Origin: an uncultured Acidobacteriota bacterium
GTDB taxonomy: Bacteria; Acidobacteriota; Terriglobia; Terriglobales; Acidobacteriaceae
DNA: 64,000 bases
Direction of reading: 5' to 3'
NCBI GenBank assembly: GCA_963759395.1
Contig: CAVWZH010000018.1
Coordinates: 94,456-158,455, forward strand
The translations under genes and the position numbers were made by a program. Below the pieces are notes generated by a model. That model had not been told where the DNA came from. It was given only the letters and a program-made list of their open reading frames with translations, and made no database searches. This document shows, piece by piece, positions 1 to 9,483 of the stretch (position 1 is its first letter; each line of letters begins with the position of its first letter).

Positions 1-139
1 ATTTGCCGAGGCCGCGGTGGTGGGGAGTGCGATTGTCGAAACCATCGAGCGCAATCCCGGCAAGGAAGCGGAATCTGTGGCAAAATTTATAAAGCAGCTG
101 TCAGCCGTCAGTCGTCAGTCTTCAGCACACAAGGGATGA
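1..139 (+). CDS. trpA: tryptophan synthase alpha subunit, 3' end (partial, runs off window start)
   Basis: Frame open from the window edge to TGA at 137-139. The tail FAEAAVVGSAIVETIERNPGKE resembles the conserved TrpA C-terminal region, and aromatic amino-acid genes follow. The last codons are built from a GTCAG heptamer repeat. Confidence 0.55.
   Translation, partial: FAEAAVVGSAIVETIERNPGKEAESVAKFIKQLSAVSRQSSAHKG
98..125. repeat. 4 tandem degenerate heptamers (ctgtcag ccgtcag tcgtcag tcttcag)
   Basis: Read directly from the sequence. 7-nt periodicity overlapping the trpA 3' end. Confidence 0.8.
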
Positions 140-189
140 TTTGAAGTCGATTCTTGATGGATTCTCCAAGAATCTAGCTGGGTTGACTC

Positions 190-231
190 TTGGCTGACCA
201 CTGAGAGCTGATGGCTGAGCGCTCAAGGCTC
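190..231. repeat. 6 tandem degenerate heptamers (ttggctg accactg agagctg atggctg agcgctc aaggctc)
   Basis: Read directly. NNNNCTG periodicity ending 1 nt before the chorismate mutase ATG at 233. Confidence 0.7.
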
Positions 232-232
232 C

Positions 233-556
233 ATGGATATTTCCGACTGGCGCAAGCAAATCGATGAGATCGACCGCAAACTGGTACAGTTGCTCAGCCA
301 GCGGGCGCAGGCTGCGCACGAAATCGGAAAGCTCAAGCGTGTGGCCGCGATGCCGATTTACGAGCCAGACCGCGAGCAGTCGGTGTTCAGCAATGTGCGG
401 AAAGTCAATCTGGGCCCCTTGCCGGACCGCGACTTGGTGCGCATCTTCGAGCGCATTATGGACATTATGCGTGATATCCAGCGGGAAGAAATTGCGCCGC
501 AGGCGTCGTCCGCCGGAGCGAGTGACACAGAGTTAGATACGGACGTAAATGATTGA
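233..556 (+). CDS. chorismate mutase (AroQ class)
   Basis: 107-aa ORF. The motifs WRKQIDEIDRKLVQLLSQRAQAAHEIGKLK...PIYEPDREQ are typical of AroQ chorismate mutases. Lies in an aromatic amino-acid operon. Confidence 0.85.
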   Translation: MDISDWRKQIDEIDRKLVQLLSQRAQAAHEIGKLKRVAAMPIYEPDREQSVFSNVRKVNLGPLPDRDLVRIFERIMDIMRDIQREEIAPQASSAGASDTELDTDVND

Positions 557-559
557 AGC

Positions 560-651
560 GGTCGTTGGTTTTTGGTCGTTACTCGTAAGCCGGCGCAGGA
601 TCGGCTTTAAATCAGGCCACCGACCAAAGACCAAGGACCAACGACTACCAT
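560..651. repeat. heptamer-built imperfect hairpin filling the chorismate mutase - DAHP synthase spacer
   Basis: Left arm: ggtcgtt ggttttt ggtcgtt actcgta (560-587). Right arm: ccaccga ccaaaga ccaagga ccaacga ctaccat (617-651). 561-569 gtcgttggt is the exact reverse complement of 637-645 accaacgac, and a further ttggtc/gaccaa pairing lies inward. Confidence 0.75.
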
Positions 652-1669
652 GATCGTTGCCATGCAGGAATCCGCGACCGAAGAACAGATCCAAGGGGTC
701 GTGGAACACCTTATCCGGATGGGATTTTCTGTGCACCGCACCACCGGTGAACGCCAGACGGTGCTGGCGGCAGTAGGCGCTCGTGTGGATTTCGACACGC
801 GGAATCTGGAAGTTCTCAACGGAGTCCAGGAAGTCCACCGCATCAGCGCGCCTTACAAGCTGGCCGGACGCAGTTTTCGTCCACAGGGAACCGTCATCGA
901 CTTGAGCAACGGCGTGAAAGTGGGCGGGGAGCAAGTCGTCGTTATGGCCGGTCCTTGTTCAGTGGAATCACGCGAACAACTTTTTAGTGCCGCGGAACAG
1001 GTATCGAAGGCTGGCGCGCGTGTGCTGCGCGGGGGCGCGTTCAAGCCGCGATCGTCCCCGTACTCCTTCCAGGGTTTAGGGCTCGAAGGCTTGAAACTCC
1101 TGCGCGAGGCCGGCGACCGCTTCAATCTGAGCGTCATCAGCGAGGTCATGGAAATCTCCCAAATCGCAATGATGGTGCCCTATGTGGACATTCTGCAGGT
1201 GGGCGCGCGCAACATGCAGAATTTCAATCTGCTACGCGAACTGGGCAAGACAAAGAAACCGGTCTTGCTGAAGCGTGGCATCGCGGCCACGCTGGAAGAG
1301 TTGCTGCTCTCCGCCGAATACATCATGGCAGGCGGCAACTACGACGTGATTCTATGTGAACGCGGCATCCGCACGTTTGAAACTTACACGCGGAACACGC
1401 TCGACATTTCAGCGATACCTATCATCCAGAAGCTGTCGCACTTGCCCATGGCCTCCGATCCGTCTCACGGCACAGGATTGCGCGACAAAGTGCCGCCGAT
1501 GGCGAGGGCTTCCGTCGCCGCCGGCGCCGACGTACTTCTGATTGAAGTGCACCCTGACCCGGATCGGGCCCTGTCGGATGGCGCGCAATCGCTCTTTCCC
1601 GATCAATTTGCCAAGTTGATGGATGAATTGCGCATGATTGCCCCTGCGGTGGGACGCAAAATTGCTTAG
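650..1669 (+). CDS. 3-deoxy-7-phosphoheptulonate (DAHP) synthase, type I-beta with N-terminal ferredoxin-like regulatory domain
   Basis: 339-aa ORF. The N-terminal ~70 aa look like a regulatory domain ([21 protein letters not shown]...). This is followed by a KDO8PS/DAHPS-I-beta TIM barrel ([34 protein letters not shown]). Confidence 0.88.
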   Translation: MIVAMQESATEEQIQGVVEHLIRMGFSVHRTTGERQTVLAAVGARVDFDTRNLEVLNGVQEVHRISAPYKLAGRSFRPQGTVIDLSNGVKVGGEQVVVMAGPCSVESREQLFSAAEQVSKAGARVLRGGAFKPRSSPYSFQGLGLEGLKLLREAGDRFNLSVISEVMEISQIAMMVPYVDILQVGARNMQNFNLLRELGKTKKPVLLKRGIAATLEELLLSAEYIMAGGNYDVILCERGIRTFETYTRNTLDISAIPIIQKLSHLPMASDPSHGTGLRDKVPPMARASVAAGADVLLIEVHPDPDRALSDGAQSLFPDQFAKLMDELRMIAPAVGRKIA

Positions 1670-1675
1670 TAACTG

Positions 1676-1745
1676 CCCCACTGAGTGACTGGCTCAATCT
1701 CTTAGTGGGTTCGGTGGCCCAATCTCCCAATGACTCAATTCCTCA
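1676..1745. repeat. degenerate heptamer array in the DAHP synthase - tyrA spacer (ccccact gagtgac tggctca ... cccaatc tcccaat gactcaa ttcctca)
   Basis: Read directly. ccccact (1676-1682) is nearly the reverse complement of agtgggt (1704-1710). The array runs up to the tyrA ATG at 1746. Confidence 0.6.
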
Positions 1746-2633
1746 ATGATTAAGTCCATCGCCATCATCGGTACCGGCCTGATCGGTGGTTCGTTCGGCT
1801 TGGCGTTGAAGAAGCGGGGCTTTCGGGGACGCATCGTCGGCTGCGATCGCGCACTTATCCTCGAGAGAGCCCACAAGAAAGGCGCCATCGATGCCGGCTT
1901 CACGAATCCCGGCGACGCGGTGCGCGGCAGCGCTGTGGTTCTGCTTGCTACGCCCGTTGGCGCCATCATCGAATTGATCGGCCAACTTGGACCGGCACTT
2001 CCTCCTCGAACCTTCCTCACCGATGTGGGCAGCACCAAGGCCGAAGTGATGGCTCAAGCAACCCGAGTTTTCGGGAAAGAAACAAATCGGCGATTCCTTG
2101 CCGGTCACCCGATGGCGGGCAAAGAGCAGGCCGGGGTCGAGTACGCGGACCCCGATCTATTTCAGGATGCCGCATGGTTTGTCACTCCATCGCCACGCCA
2201 GAAGATTCTAGAGGGGCAGAGCGGAGAATTTCTCGGCTGGGTGGAGAAAATCGGCGCGCGAATCGTTGGCATCGATGCAGTGGCACATGACGAGTTGTGC
2301 GCCTGGATCAGCCATCTGCCGCAGATGATCTCGACCGCTTTGGCCGCGACTCTGGTCGAAGAGTTCGGCGACGACGCGCCGCTGCTGGAGGCCGGCGGCC
2401 GTGCCTTGCGGGAAATGACGCGCATCTCCGGCAGTCCTTATTCCATGTGGCGCGATATCGCCCTCACCAACAAGAAGAACATCCAGCAGGCATTGCTGAA
2501 ATTGGAACAACAACTCGCCCACATCCGTGAGAACTTGGACACGCGAGAGCTGGCGATGGAGTTCGAGCGCGCCCATCATCTAAAGAAAATCTCCCCCCGA
2601 AGACCGCCAAGCGCTCCGAAAGCGGGGCCGTGA
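1746..2633 (+). CDS. tyrA: prephenate dehydrogenase
   Basis: 295-aa ORF with an N-terminal Rossmann motif (IAIIGTGLIGGSFGLALKK) and a GHPMAGKE motif. Lies in the aromatic operon. Confidence 0.85.
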   Translation: MIKSIAIIGTGLIGGSFGLALKKRGFRGRIVGCDRALILERAHKKGAIDAGFTNPGDAVRGSAVVLLATPVGAIIELIGQLGPALPPRTFLTDVGSTKAEVMAQATRVFGKETNRRFLAGHPMAGKEQAGVEYADPDLFQDAAWFVTPSPRQKILEGQSGEFLGWVEKIGARIVGIDAVAHDELCAWISHLPQMISTALAATLVEEFGDDAPLLEAGGRALREMTRISGSPYSMWRDIALTNKKNIQQALLKLEQQLAHIRENLDTRELAMEFERAHHLKKISPRRPPSAPKAGP

Positions 2634-2687
2634 AACTCTCCAAGTCCCCGTGTAGCCTCGGCTGCTTTCATTTAGAATCTCTGGCGT

Positions 2688-3392
2688 ATGAACAAGGTCG
2701 TAGCCAGCGCAGACGAAGCGATTCAGGACGTTTTCGATGGCGCCACGGTCATGGTGGGCGGATTCGGGCTGTGCGGAATTCCGGAGAATCTTATCCGGGC
2801 GCTGGTCCGCAAGGGCGTGACGAATCTCACGACCATCAGCAATAACGTCGGGGTAGACGGACTCGGCATGGGTTTGTTATTGGCTGCCGGCCAAATCCGC
2901 CGCCACATTGGCACTTACGTCGGCGAAAACAAGCTGCTGGAACAGATGGTCCTGGAAGGCCGGATCGATTTGCAGCTCGTGCCCCAGGGTACTTTTTCCG
3001 AACGTATTCGTGCCGGCGGCGCGGGCATTCCGGCGTTCTACACGCCGACGGGAGTGGGTACGGTGGTGGGTGAGAACAAAGAAACTCGTGAATTCGATGG
3101 ACGCCTTTACCTCATGGAACACGCCCTGAAAGCCGATTTCGCTTTTGTTAAAGCCTGGAAGGGCGATAAATGGGGGAATCTGATGTATCGCAAGACAGCC
3201 CGCAATTTTAATCCCATGATGGCGACGGCGGCGAAAATCACAATTGCTGAGGTGGAACACCTCGAAGAAGTCGGACAATTGGCGCCGGACTCCATTCACA
3301 CGCCGAGTGTCTACGTGAAACGAATTTTCCAGGGCGAACGGTTTGAAAAGCGAATTGAGAGAAGAACCGTAACAAAAGTGGCCAGTGGTTAG
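2688..3392 (+). CDS. scoA: 3-oxoacid CoA-transferase subunit A
   Basis: 234-aa ORF. MVGGFGLCGIPENLI and ...ELVPQGTFSERIRAGGAGIPAFYTPTG are typical family I CoA-transferase A-subunit motifs. Confidence 0.9.
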   Translation: MNKVVASADEAIQDVFDGATVMVGGFGLCGIPENLIRALVRKGVTNLTTISNNVGVDGLGMGLLLAAGQIRRHIGTYVGENKLLEQMVLEGRIDLQLVPQGTFSERIRAGGAGIPAFYTPTGVGTVVGENKETREFDGRLYLMEHALKADFAFVKAWKGDKWGNLMYRKTARNFNPMMATAAKITIAEVEHLEEVGQLAPDSIHTPSVYVKRIFQGERFEKRIERRTVTKVASG

Positions 3393-3458
3393 CGACTAGC
3401 GATAGTCAGTTAGATGATTCTACTAACCACTAGCCACTGACCACTAGTCGCTAATAAT
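3378..3458. repeat. heptamer-built hairpin spanning the scoA stop to the scoB start
   Basis: Left: gtggcca gtggtta gcgacta gcgatag tcagtta. Right: taaccac tagccac tgaccac tagtcgc taataat. 3389-3399 ttagcgactag is the exact reverse complement of 3444-3454 ctagtcgctaa (11 bp), and a further gtcagt/actgac pairing lies inward. Confidence 0.8.
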
Positions 3459-4122
3459 GAGCAAAGATACTGACAAGCGCGAGCGCATCGTAAAGCGCAT
3501 TGCCCGCGAATTGCGCGATGGCTTTTACGTCAATCTTGGCATCGGCATGCCGACTCTGGTGGCGAACCACGTTCCCGCCGGATTGGATGTAATCCTGCAA
3601 AGCGAGAACGGCATGCTGGGCATCGGGCCTTACCCAATCGAGGGTCAGGAAGACGCAGACCTGATCAATGCGGGAAAAGAGACCGTTAGCGAGATGGCGG
3701 GCACTGCCTATTTCTCAAGCGCCGATTCTTTCGCCATGATTCGCGGCGGCCACATCGATCTCAGTGTGCTCGGAGCCATGGAAGTGGACGAGGAAGGCAG
3801 CCTTGCCAACTGGATGATTCCCGGCAAAATGGTCAAGGGGATGGGTGGTGCCATGGATCTGGTGGCAGGGGCGCGCCGGGTGATCGTGGCCATGGAGCAC
3901 ACAACCAAAGACAACCAGCCCAAGATCCTGAAAAAGTGCACGCTACCGCTGACCGGCGTCAAAGTCGTACATACCATCGTTACAGAGATGGCGGTGATTC
4001 ACGTGTCGCCGACAGGCTTGGTTCTTGAAGAACTCGGTCCTCGCCTGAGCGCAGAAGATGTGCAGCGTGTAACCGAGCCCAGACTCATCCTTAGCGCTAA
4101 CCTCAGAACCATGGAAGTCTGA
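3457..4122 (+). CDS. scoB: 3-oxoacid CoA-transferase subunit B
   Basis: 221-aa ORF with the SENG active-site motif ([12 protein letters not shown]) and typical B-subunit sequence. Confidence 0.9.
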   Translation: MSKDTDKRERIVKRIARELRDGFYVNLGIGMPTLVANHVPAGLDVILQSENGMLGIGPYPIEGQEDADLINAGKETVSEMAGTAYFSSADSFAMIRGGHIDLSVLGAMEVDEEGSLANWMIPGKMVKGMGGAMDLVAGARRVIVAMEHTTKDNQPKILKKCTLPLTGVKVVHTIVTEMAVIHVSPTGLVLEELGPRLSAEDVQRVTEPRLILSANLRTMEV

Positions 4123-4144
4123 GGGGCGCTCGTCAATCTCTCTA

Positions 4145-4855
4145 CTAGTGCCCCGAGATCGTTCCTAATTCCGTGACCTTGCCGGAGTCCAGGCTGTAGA
4201 CCGCTTCGAAGACTGTCAGCTTGCCATCATGCAGAAAGTGCTCCAGCACAGGGCTGCTGGCAATTACATCTTTGGCGCTCAGTTGAACGTTCTCCAGAAT
4301 GGCTGCCTGCAGCAGGTCATCCCCTTTGGCTTGCGTCTTCGCTTTCGAGACTGCCGGCGAAATCTTGTCCACAATGGCCTGCAGATTTGCCGTCGGCATC
4401 TTGTCACCAGAACAAGCAGCGGAGACTGCACCGCACTTTTCGTGTCCCAGTACTACCAGAACGCTGGATCCCAGGTGTTCAACTGCATATTCGATGCTTC
4501 CCACGCCAATTGCATCCGCGATATTTCCCGCCGCCCGGACGACAAAAAGCTCGCCCAGGCTCTTGTCGAACAGAATTTCTGGAGAAACCCGGCTGTCGGA
4601 GCAAGCCAGCACCACCACTTTGGGTTGCTGGCCCTTCGCCAGGCTCTGGCGAAGAGGGATAATGTCGACGGTCTTCGTCTTGCCATCTACGAATCGCTTG
4701 TTTCCTTCCATCAGATCCGCCCAAATGGCTTCAGCAGAAGCCCCTTTAGCCGTCATTGCGGCATGGTCGTGCGTCGGCGCCATGGCCGGCTGCTGGGCAA
4801 GGCCAACACCTAGAAGTTGGCTCACCAAGAGCAGGGCGAGTAACATTTTTTTCAT
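4145..4855 (-). CDS. beta-class carbonic anhydrase with signal peptide
   Basis: CSDSRVSPE and GHEKCGAV motifs. I chose the start at MKKMLLALLLVSQLLG (ATG 4855, GGAGAA Shine-Dalgarno (SD) sequence upstream) rather than the ORF-track start at 4906. Confidence 0.85.
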   Translation of the reverse strand: MKKMLLALLLVSQLLGVGLAQQPAMAPTHDHAAMTAKGASAEAIWADLMEGNKRFVDGKTKTVDIIPLRQSLAKGQQPKVVVLACSDSRVSPEILFDKSLGELFVVRAAGNIADAIGVGSIEYAVEHLGSSVLVVLGHEKCGAVSAACSGDKMPTANLQAIVDKISPAVSKAKTQAKGDDLLQAAILENVQLSAKDVIASSPVLEHFLHDGKLTVFEAVYSLDSGKVTELGTISGH

Positions 4856-4906
4856 CAGATTCTTCTCCTTCGCAGAGTTGATGTAACCCAGGCCTGGTTT
4901 GAGCAA

Positions 4907-6593
4907 CTACTCACTGCCGCCGCTCTTCAATCTTGCCGCTTCAAACTCGTCGCCCTTTTCCCAGCCGATGAGCTTAGGCTGAGTAGCAGCCTCCCAGCCC
5001 AGGGCAAATCCGAAGCGTGCCATTGCAGCATCGCCGGTGAAATCCATGTCAGCATGATATTCATCACTGGGCTGGTGATAGTGCTTCGCGGTGTACTCAT
5101 CGGCCTGCTGGATTCCCCAAGCAGCGTCGTGGCCTTTGTACTTTACACCTTCATTGATCGAGAAGGACGGAATTCCCACGCGGGCCAGACTGAAATGATC
5201 CGATCGATAATAATGCCCAGCTTCTGGGCGGCTGTCCGGACGGATTTTAAGCCGAAATTCTTCCGCCAGTGCCTGAACTTTGGGATAAAACGTAGTCCGC
5301 TCCGCGCCTGAAACCTGCACCTCTTCGGGCGCGCCGAGCGGCGGCACATCGTCGTAATTCAGGTCAAGACTGATCTTCTCCGCTGGCACAGGAGGATGTT
5401 TGCCGAGATACTCGGAGCCTAACAATCCCTGCTCTTCGGCCGTCACCGAGGCAAATAGAATAGAGCGCTTGGGCTTAACCGCCGCCAGCGAATAGGCGCG
5501 CGCCAGTTCCAGCAGAATTCCACATCCTGTCGCATTGTCGTTGGCACCGTTGTAGATGTTGTCGCCGGGCATGTCGGGGCGAATACCCAAATGGTCGTAA
5601 TGCGCTGTATACATCACCGCTTCGCTCTTCAACTTCGCATCAGATCCCGGCAGTATGGCAATTACGTTGTTCGATTCAAATGGCCGAACTTTGCTGACAA
5701 TATGTGCTTTCACCTTCACTGGCAGCGCCACGGGACGAAAATCCCGCGACCCAGCATCCGCGATCATCTTGTTTAAGTCCATTCCCGCTCCGGCAGTCAG
5801 ATCACGGGCCACGTCGAAATGAATCCACGACGCCATAGTCAGTTTGCGGAGTTCCGTCGAGCTTCAGGTAGGCCTTCTCTCCCGAGTTCGAGTTGCGCAC
5901 CACTTCCCAGGGATAGCTTGCCATCTCAGTCTTGTGAATCAGCATCGCCCCTACAGCGCCTTTGCGCGCAGCTTCTTCGAACTTGTAGGTCCAGCGGCCG
6001 TAGTAGGTCAGTGCCCGGCCATTAAAGAACTTGGGATCGTCGGAGGGCGGTTCGTTCACCAGCATTAGCAATACTTTGCCCTTTACATCCATGCCTTTGT
6101 AATCGTCCCAGCTGTATTCGGGTGCCTCGATCCCATATCCCACAAATACGATGTCAGCATCGATGTCTGAGACGGGCTGCTGGCTCTCGTTGTATCCAAC
6201 GTAATCGGTCAGAAATTTCAGTTCCCGGCTTTCGCCTTTGGCCGGGACCAGAGCAAACGTCGTTTCGGAAGTGGTCGTCACTCCAACCATCGGAACCTTT
6301 TGCATGTATGTGCCGTTATCGCCGGCGGGCTTCAACCCGAACAAGGAAAATTGGGTGGCGATGTACTCCGCCGCGATGTCGCCGCCGCGTTGGCCGGTTC
6401 CCCGCCCTTCGAGCAAATCGTGGGACAAGAAACGTACATGCGCGCGGATGCGCTCCGGATCAATCTTCTGCAGCGCCGCAATCGCCGACCCGGAAAGCCG
6501 AACGGGCGTGGGCGGTTCTCCGCGCCGGGACGCAGCAACCGCGCATATTGCTCCAACCATCAGGATCAACCACACAACCGTGCTGTTTCGCAT
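4907..6593 (-). pseudogene. M28 family aminopeptidase with signal peptide and PA domain, split by a frameshift (ORFs 5802..6593 and 4907..5836)
   Basis: The N-part has the signal peptide and PA-domain region. The C-part has M28 zinc-site motifs (HYDHLG, NGANDNATG, EEQGLLGS, YHQPSDE). The two frames overlap, and the C-frame is open only from 5863 downward, so the shift lies within 5802-5863. Confidence 0.75.
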
Positions 6594-6759
6594 GCCGCGA
6601 AGCTCCGTGAAAGGTTACGTGACAACGAGAATTTTCTATTGTACGGGAAACAGCCGAAGCAGCAGGAAAGGAGGCGGCAAGCCAGGCCTACACCGACTCA
6701 TGAACGTCAACAGTGGCTTCAGAACGTCGCCCGCAGACCGCGGGCTAATTCTTGGACCC

Positions 6760-7258
6760 TCAACCCGCACGGAAATCCGGCACCTGTTCGCCCGGGCGGA
6801 AAACCGGCTTGCTGCCTTCATTCGCGAGCTGCGCGATTCGCTGATTTATTTCTTCGATCTCTTTCTTTACCCAGCCGACACTGGAAATCTCGATCTCCCC
6901 ATCCTGGCCAATCCAGAAAATGGTCGGCACGCTAGTTAGCCCGTAAGCGTTCGAGACCGGGTACCTATGTGTGTCGTCCAGGAGTACGGGAAACGTTACA
7001 CCAAATTCTTTGAGGAACTGGCCAGTGTCTCGCTTTTCATTTTGCGAAATTCCAACGATAGTTACACGGCCGTTTCCATTTGCTTTGTAGATTCGTTCAA
7101 GGAAAGGAAACGCATATTGGCACACCGGGCAAGAAATTTTGAAGAAGGCGACAACCACCGGACCGCGCGTCAACGCCTCGCGCAGGGAGAACTGCCCCCC
7201 ATCAATGGTGGGCAGAGTAAAGTCCGGTGCTCGAGTTCCCTGTGGGCAAAGCGGGCAT
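6760..7258 (-). CDS. TlpA/thioredoxin-like thiol-disulfide oxidoreductase (CPVC), apparent 1-nt frameshift near 7237
   Basis: FFKISCPVCQ redoxin motif. The homologous frame (TRAPDFTLPTIDGGQFSL) is open upstream of the ORF-track TTG (7173) but has no start codon. An ATG at 7258 with a GGAGGA SD (7265-7270) lies in the +1 frame and stops at 7202. Skipping base 7237 joins MPALPTG to TRAPDFTL. Confidence 0.7.
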
Positions 7259-7311
7259 CGAATATCCTCCGAAAAAAAGGGTGAAACAGTTTCCCCCTTT
7301 ACTCCTCTATT

Positions 7312-8319
7312 TTAGATGACCCTTGCGGCCCGCAGGATTTTCCTGGCCAACCCAGTAAGCGGTAATTTTGCAATTTGCTCTCTGCGGAACCGCCGCCCGT
7401 CCACGGTTCCCGCCGTGGACGATCGCTGCACCTGCACAACGAAGTCAGTGTCCGTAATCGAGTGCCGCAGCATGAACCAGGCATTGCTTCCGTGGTTCTC
7501 CACAGAAGCCTCAGGCAATTCCCACAATCCCGGCATCATCGATGCCTGTTTGGGCCGTTGCACCAAAAAGACCGCACCATTGCTGCGATTAAACGTATAG
7601 GCGATCTCGCGTTTTTTCTGGGGCTTTGGGTTCGCCGCCTTCTCGAGTTCCCCGCGCGAAACGCAAAACTCAAAAACTGGGCACACTTCACACTTAGGCC
7701 GTCGCGGAGTGCAAATTGTGGCGCCGAGCTCCATCATGGCCTGGTTAAAATCGCCCGGCCTCTTTTTGCTTAGAAGGCCTTCGGCCGCCTGCCACCTCTT
7801 TTCCCCCAGCATCTCACCCCCAAAGAGGCGGGCAAGTACCCGCTCAACATTCCCGTCCACCACGGCGACCGCTTCCCCAAACGCGATGCTTGCAATCGCC
7901 GCGGCGGTGTAGCGGCCAATACCATCTAAGCTGCGTAATTCTTTGGAACTCGCAGGAAATTCCCCCCCATGGTCAGAGATAATCGACCTGGCGGCGCGAT
8001 GCAGCATTCGCGCACGCCGGTAATAGCCAAGCCCGCTCCAGGCAGCCAGCACCGAAGACTCTCTCGCTTTCGCCAGCGCTCGTACCGTCGGAAAGCGCTG
8101 CGTGAACTTACGGTAGTGCTCCAGCACTGCAGCCACCCGAGTTTGCTGCAACATGATTTCTGAAACCCAGACATGGTAGGGATCACGGTCCCGCCGCCAG
8201 GGCAAGTCTCGCCCGTTGCGATCGTACCAACCCAGCAGACGCCTTTGAAAAAGGCGCTTCTCGAGGACCGTTTGAAGCGGCAAATCTGCGCCTTTTTTCC
8301 GCTTGGGCATGAAGACCAC
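7312..8319 (-). CDS. mutY: A/G-specific adenine DNA glycosylase
   Basis: 335-aa ORF with WYDRNGRDLPWRRDRDPYHVWVSEIMLQQTRV, the HhH-GPD region and a Cys cluster (CTPRRPKCEVCP). Confidence 0.9.
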   Translation of the reverse strand: MVFMPKRKKGADLPLQTVLEKRLFQRRLLGWYDRNGRDLPWRRDRDPYHVWVSEIMLQQTRVAAVLEHYRKFTQRFPTVRALAKARESSVLAAWSGLGYYRRARMLHRAARSIISDHGGEFPASSKELRSLDGIGRYTAAAIASIAFGEAVAVVDGNVERVLARLFGGEMLGEKRWQAAEGLLSKKRPGDFNQAMMELGATICTPRRPKCEVCPVFEFCVSRGELEKAANPKPQKKREIAYTFNRSNGAVFLVQRPKQASMMPGLWELPEASVENHGSNAWFMLRHSITDTDFVVQVQRSSTAGTVDGRRFRREQIAKLPLTGLARKILRAARVI

Positions 8320-8449
8320 CAGTCTACCTCCGAGGTTGTAGTCTGCGGTGCCTCCCTGTTGACCCCGGGCACCCGGCAGGAAATAATATGCGGGCCTGGC
8401 ACCCGCAAACCGCGCGTGTCGCTATTCACGTACCACTGGAAGGACGCAT

Positions 8450-8674
8450 ATGACCGACTTCGACCGCAAGGTAGAAGAAGCCTCTGCACGCCTCAACAAA
8501 TCCGTGACCGAGGTCACAGAGCGTCTGGAGAAGGAAACGTCGGAACTCATCGCTTATCTGAACACAGAGGTGGTTCCGGCGGCGCGACAGCATTCCACAA
8601 AAGCCCTGCGGGTCGCGGCCGAGAAAATGGCGCAACTGGCCGACTACCTCGAAGCACATCAGCAGCCCAAGTGA
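8450..8674 (+). CDS. hypothetical small helical protein (74 aa)
   Basis: ATG preceded by GGAAGGA. Charged, helical-looking sequence. The stop overlaps the rlpA GTG (GTGA at 8671-8674). Confidence 0.5.
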   Translation: MTDFDRKVEEASARLNKSVTEVTERLEKETSELIAYLNTEVVPAARQHSTKALRVAAEKMAQLADYLEAHQQPK

Positions 8675-9471
8675 CAACGGCCTCCAGGTTCTTCTGGTTC
8701 TCGGCGCTGGCTCTGTTCTTGTTTTTGTTCGTCAGTTGTGGCGAAAAGAAACAGGCGAGGGTGATACCGCCTCCTCCCCCGACGATCACGGCGACCCAGG
8801 CTCCCTTACCTTCGGCTCCGACTGGAACATATCACGAGGGAACTGCAACGGCATCCGAGGCGCGAACGCAAGGAAGCCGGAGTCAGGATCGGGATTTGAT
8901 CTCGGTTTCTCCCGACGCCAGGCCCTTGTTTATCGAAACCGGCATGGCTAGTTGGTATGGCGCCCCATATCACAATCGCCGCGGGTCGAATGGCGAAATC
9001 TACAATATGAACGCCATGACAGCGGCGCACCTCACTCTGCCCCTGGGTTCGATCGTGCGAGTGACGAATGTGAAGACCGGACACTCGGCGCTGGTGCGCA
9101 TCACGGATCGGGGACCGTTTGTCGAAGGTCGAGTGCTTGATCTCTCATACGCAGCCGCACAGAAAGTGGACGTTTGGCGGCCGGGAGTCGCCCGAGTTCG
9201 CCTCGAAGTGTTGCAGACCCCGGTGCCGCTCGCGCAGGGCGGTCGTTGGGCCGTGCAGATCGGCGGCTTTGGAGAAGCCGATAAAGCGCATGATCTGGCC
9301 GACCACTTATCGCGGCGTTATCAAACAGCCAAGGTGGTGTGTTTCAGCAGTCCGGTCGGCGAGTGGTGGGTGAGAATCCGTGTGCGGGATGATGATCGCG
9401 AGCGCGCCGAAGAGGTTGCCCGCGAGACGCAGACTCAGCAGGGTTCTATTTTCCTGGTAAGGCTCGATTGA
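8671..9471 (+). CDS. rlpA: septal ring lytic transglycosylase RlpA family lipoprotein (DPBB + SPOR domains)
   Basis: Lipobox FLFVSCGEK, DPBB core (ASWYGAPYHNRRGSNGEIY...RITDRGPF) and a C-terminal SPOR-like region (WAVQIGGFGEADKA). The ORF-track start at 8173 overlaps mutY and is not credible, so I use the GTG at 8671. Confidence 0.82.
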   Translation: MTTASRFFWFSALALFLFLFVSCGEKKQARVIPPPPPTITATQAPLPSAPTGTYHEGTATASEARTQGSRSQDRDLISVSPDARPLFIETGMASWYGAPYHNRRGSNGEIYNMNAMTAAHLTLPLGSIVRVTNVKTGHSALVRITDRGPFVEGRVLDLSYAAAQKVDVWRPGVARVRLEVLQTPVPLAQGGRWAVQIGGFGEADKAHDLADHLSRRYQTAKVVCFSSPVGEWWVRIRVRDDDRERAEEVARETQTQQGSIFLVRLD

Positions 9472-9483
9472 ACTTTGCAGGCC

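Noticed and set aside
3378-3458. Possibility that the short periodic repeat arrays (here and at 98-231, 560-651, 17453-17487) are CRISPR arrays.
   Set aside because: The repeat unit is 7 nt with no spacers, the arrays are 20-90 bp long, and there are no cas genes. This is incompatible with CRISPR architecture.
8173-8670. N-terminal 166 codons of the 432-aa ORF-track entry that ends as RlpA.
   Set aside because: This stretch overlaps the mutY 5' region and the 74-aa gene and has Arg/Pro-rich composition typical of off-frame GC-rich DNA. A lipoprotein signal peptide with a GTG start at 8671 gives a normal RlpA.
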